DNA of 64,000 nt from Heteronotia binoei (lineage: Eukaryota). The stretch covers positions 116,870,001 through 116,934,000 of the forward strand of contig NC_083227.1 of the NCBI RefSeq assembly GCF_032191835.1, read 5' to 3'. Every line of letters begins with the position of its first letter. Position 1 is the stretch's first letter. The notes beneath the pieces are model-generated. The model made no database searches. It had not been told where the DNA came from and was given only the letters and a program-made list of their open reading frames with translations. Of this stretch, positions 63,201-64,000 are shown piece after piece. Both the position numbers and the translations under genes were made by a program.

Positions 63201-64000
63201 TTCATCATCCCTACTTAGTTCCTTCTCATCCAGCTTCCAGGTAGCCATGTGGCTAGATGATCATTTTCCCCTGCATCTGTCCAGCTTTGTACTTTTCTCT
63301 TCCTTGCCTAACCCAAGTCTGCTGCTGCTTACTCCATTTTTTAATTCCTTCTGCCCACAGGGCTGGCCAGTGCTTGCAAGCAGGGACCACTTCGCCTCCC
63401 CAAGAAGGAGGGAGAGGCAGGTAACCAGCAACACAGGGCATCTTGGTGTTATAGGGGGGGGGGGGGAGGTTGAGTTGAATGGGATTTTAGCCATCCCTAC
63501 CCGACCTCTTTTGACACATGCTTGACCCACCCTCCCTTCCTATTTGCAGTGCAGGCTTCTGCTGATCACCTTTTGGGAACCAAGTAGGAATTTTTCATAC
63601 TCCCTTGAATTGGCAAGGAATAGGGGGTATTTTTGCCTACCTTGTACTGCCATTGAAGCATGGTGGAACATTGGATCTGGTGGTGCCTTGGTTAGGATCA
63701 GTCACTTCGTAGGTTAGTGCAGGAAAAAGGAAAATAGATCCAGCAAGCACCACATACCATCTTCTCTATTTGGGGTTGTGTGGGGGGGGGGGGGGGTTGT
63801 CAGGCTCTGCCTTTGAGTTGGGTGGCCTAGGGCAGGGAGTGATGGCTGCCTTTGGGACTGCCATGGCTGGGCCTCCCCTCCAAGTTCTGCAGCTTGATGG
63901 GGGAGCTACGTGGTGGTATTCCATTTGCTATGCCAGCTGGTGTGTGAGCCAGAGGGATAGCTTGCATCTGGGGCAATAGCGGCTCACTTGGCATATGACA

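Overview
Vertebrate genomic DNA. The SINE, CR1 and hAT repeat complement points to a squamate, probably a gecko (inference). The window holds the 3' half of EBF1 (COE/Olf-1 family transcription factor) on the + strand. I read five coding exons by hand with canonical AG/GT boundaries and matching phases: 700-765, 2602-2779, 4106-4285, 17345-17539 and 33711-33742. A roughly 3.4 kb transposon-free putative 3' UTR follows. A phase-compatible 69-nt cassette exon at 17838-17906, missed by the ORF track, would replace the usual C-terminus AISGMIVPPM with DQSFVDSSKYSTAGSLQGLAFS. This is the most biologically interesting signal. The introns and the downstream 27 kb are dense with transposons: tRNA-headed SINEs, a BovB/RTE LINE, a DIRS retrotransposon remnant with its internal complementary region, many non-autonomous hAT elements with 8-bp target-site duplications (TSDs) and unusual cargo, palindromic MITEs, nested CR1 LINEs, L1 fragments and a split Penelope element. 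There is a 171-N assembly gap at 46821-46991. I found no supportable tRNA, rRNA or CRISPR feature. All family assignments come from recognising motifs by eye; no database search was run.
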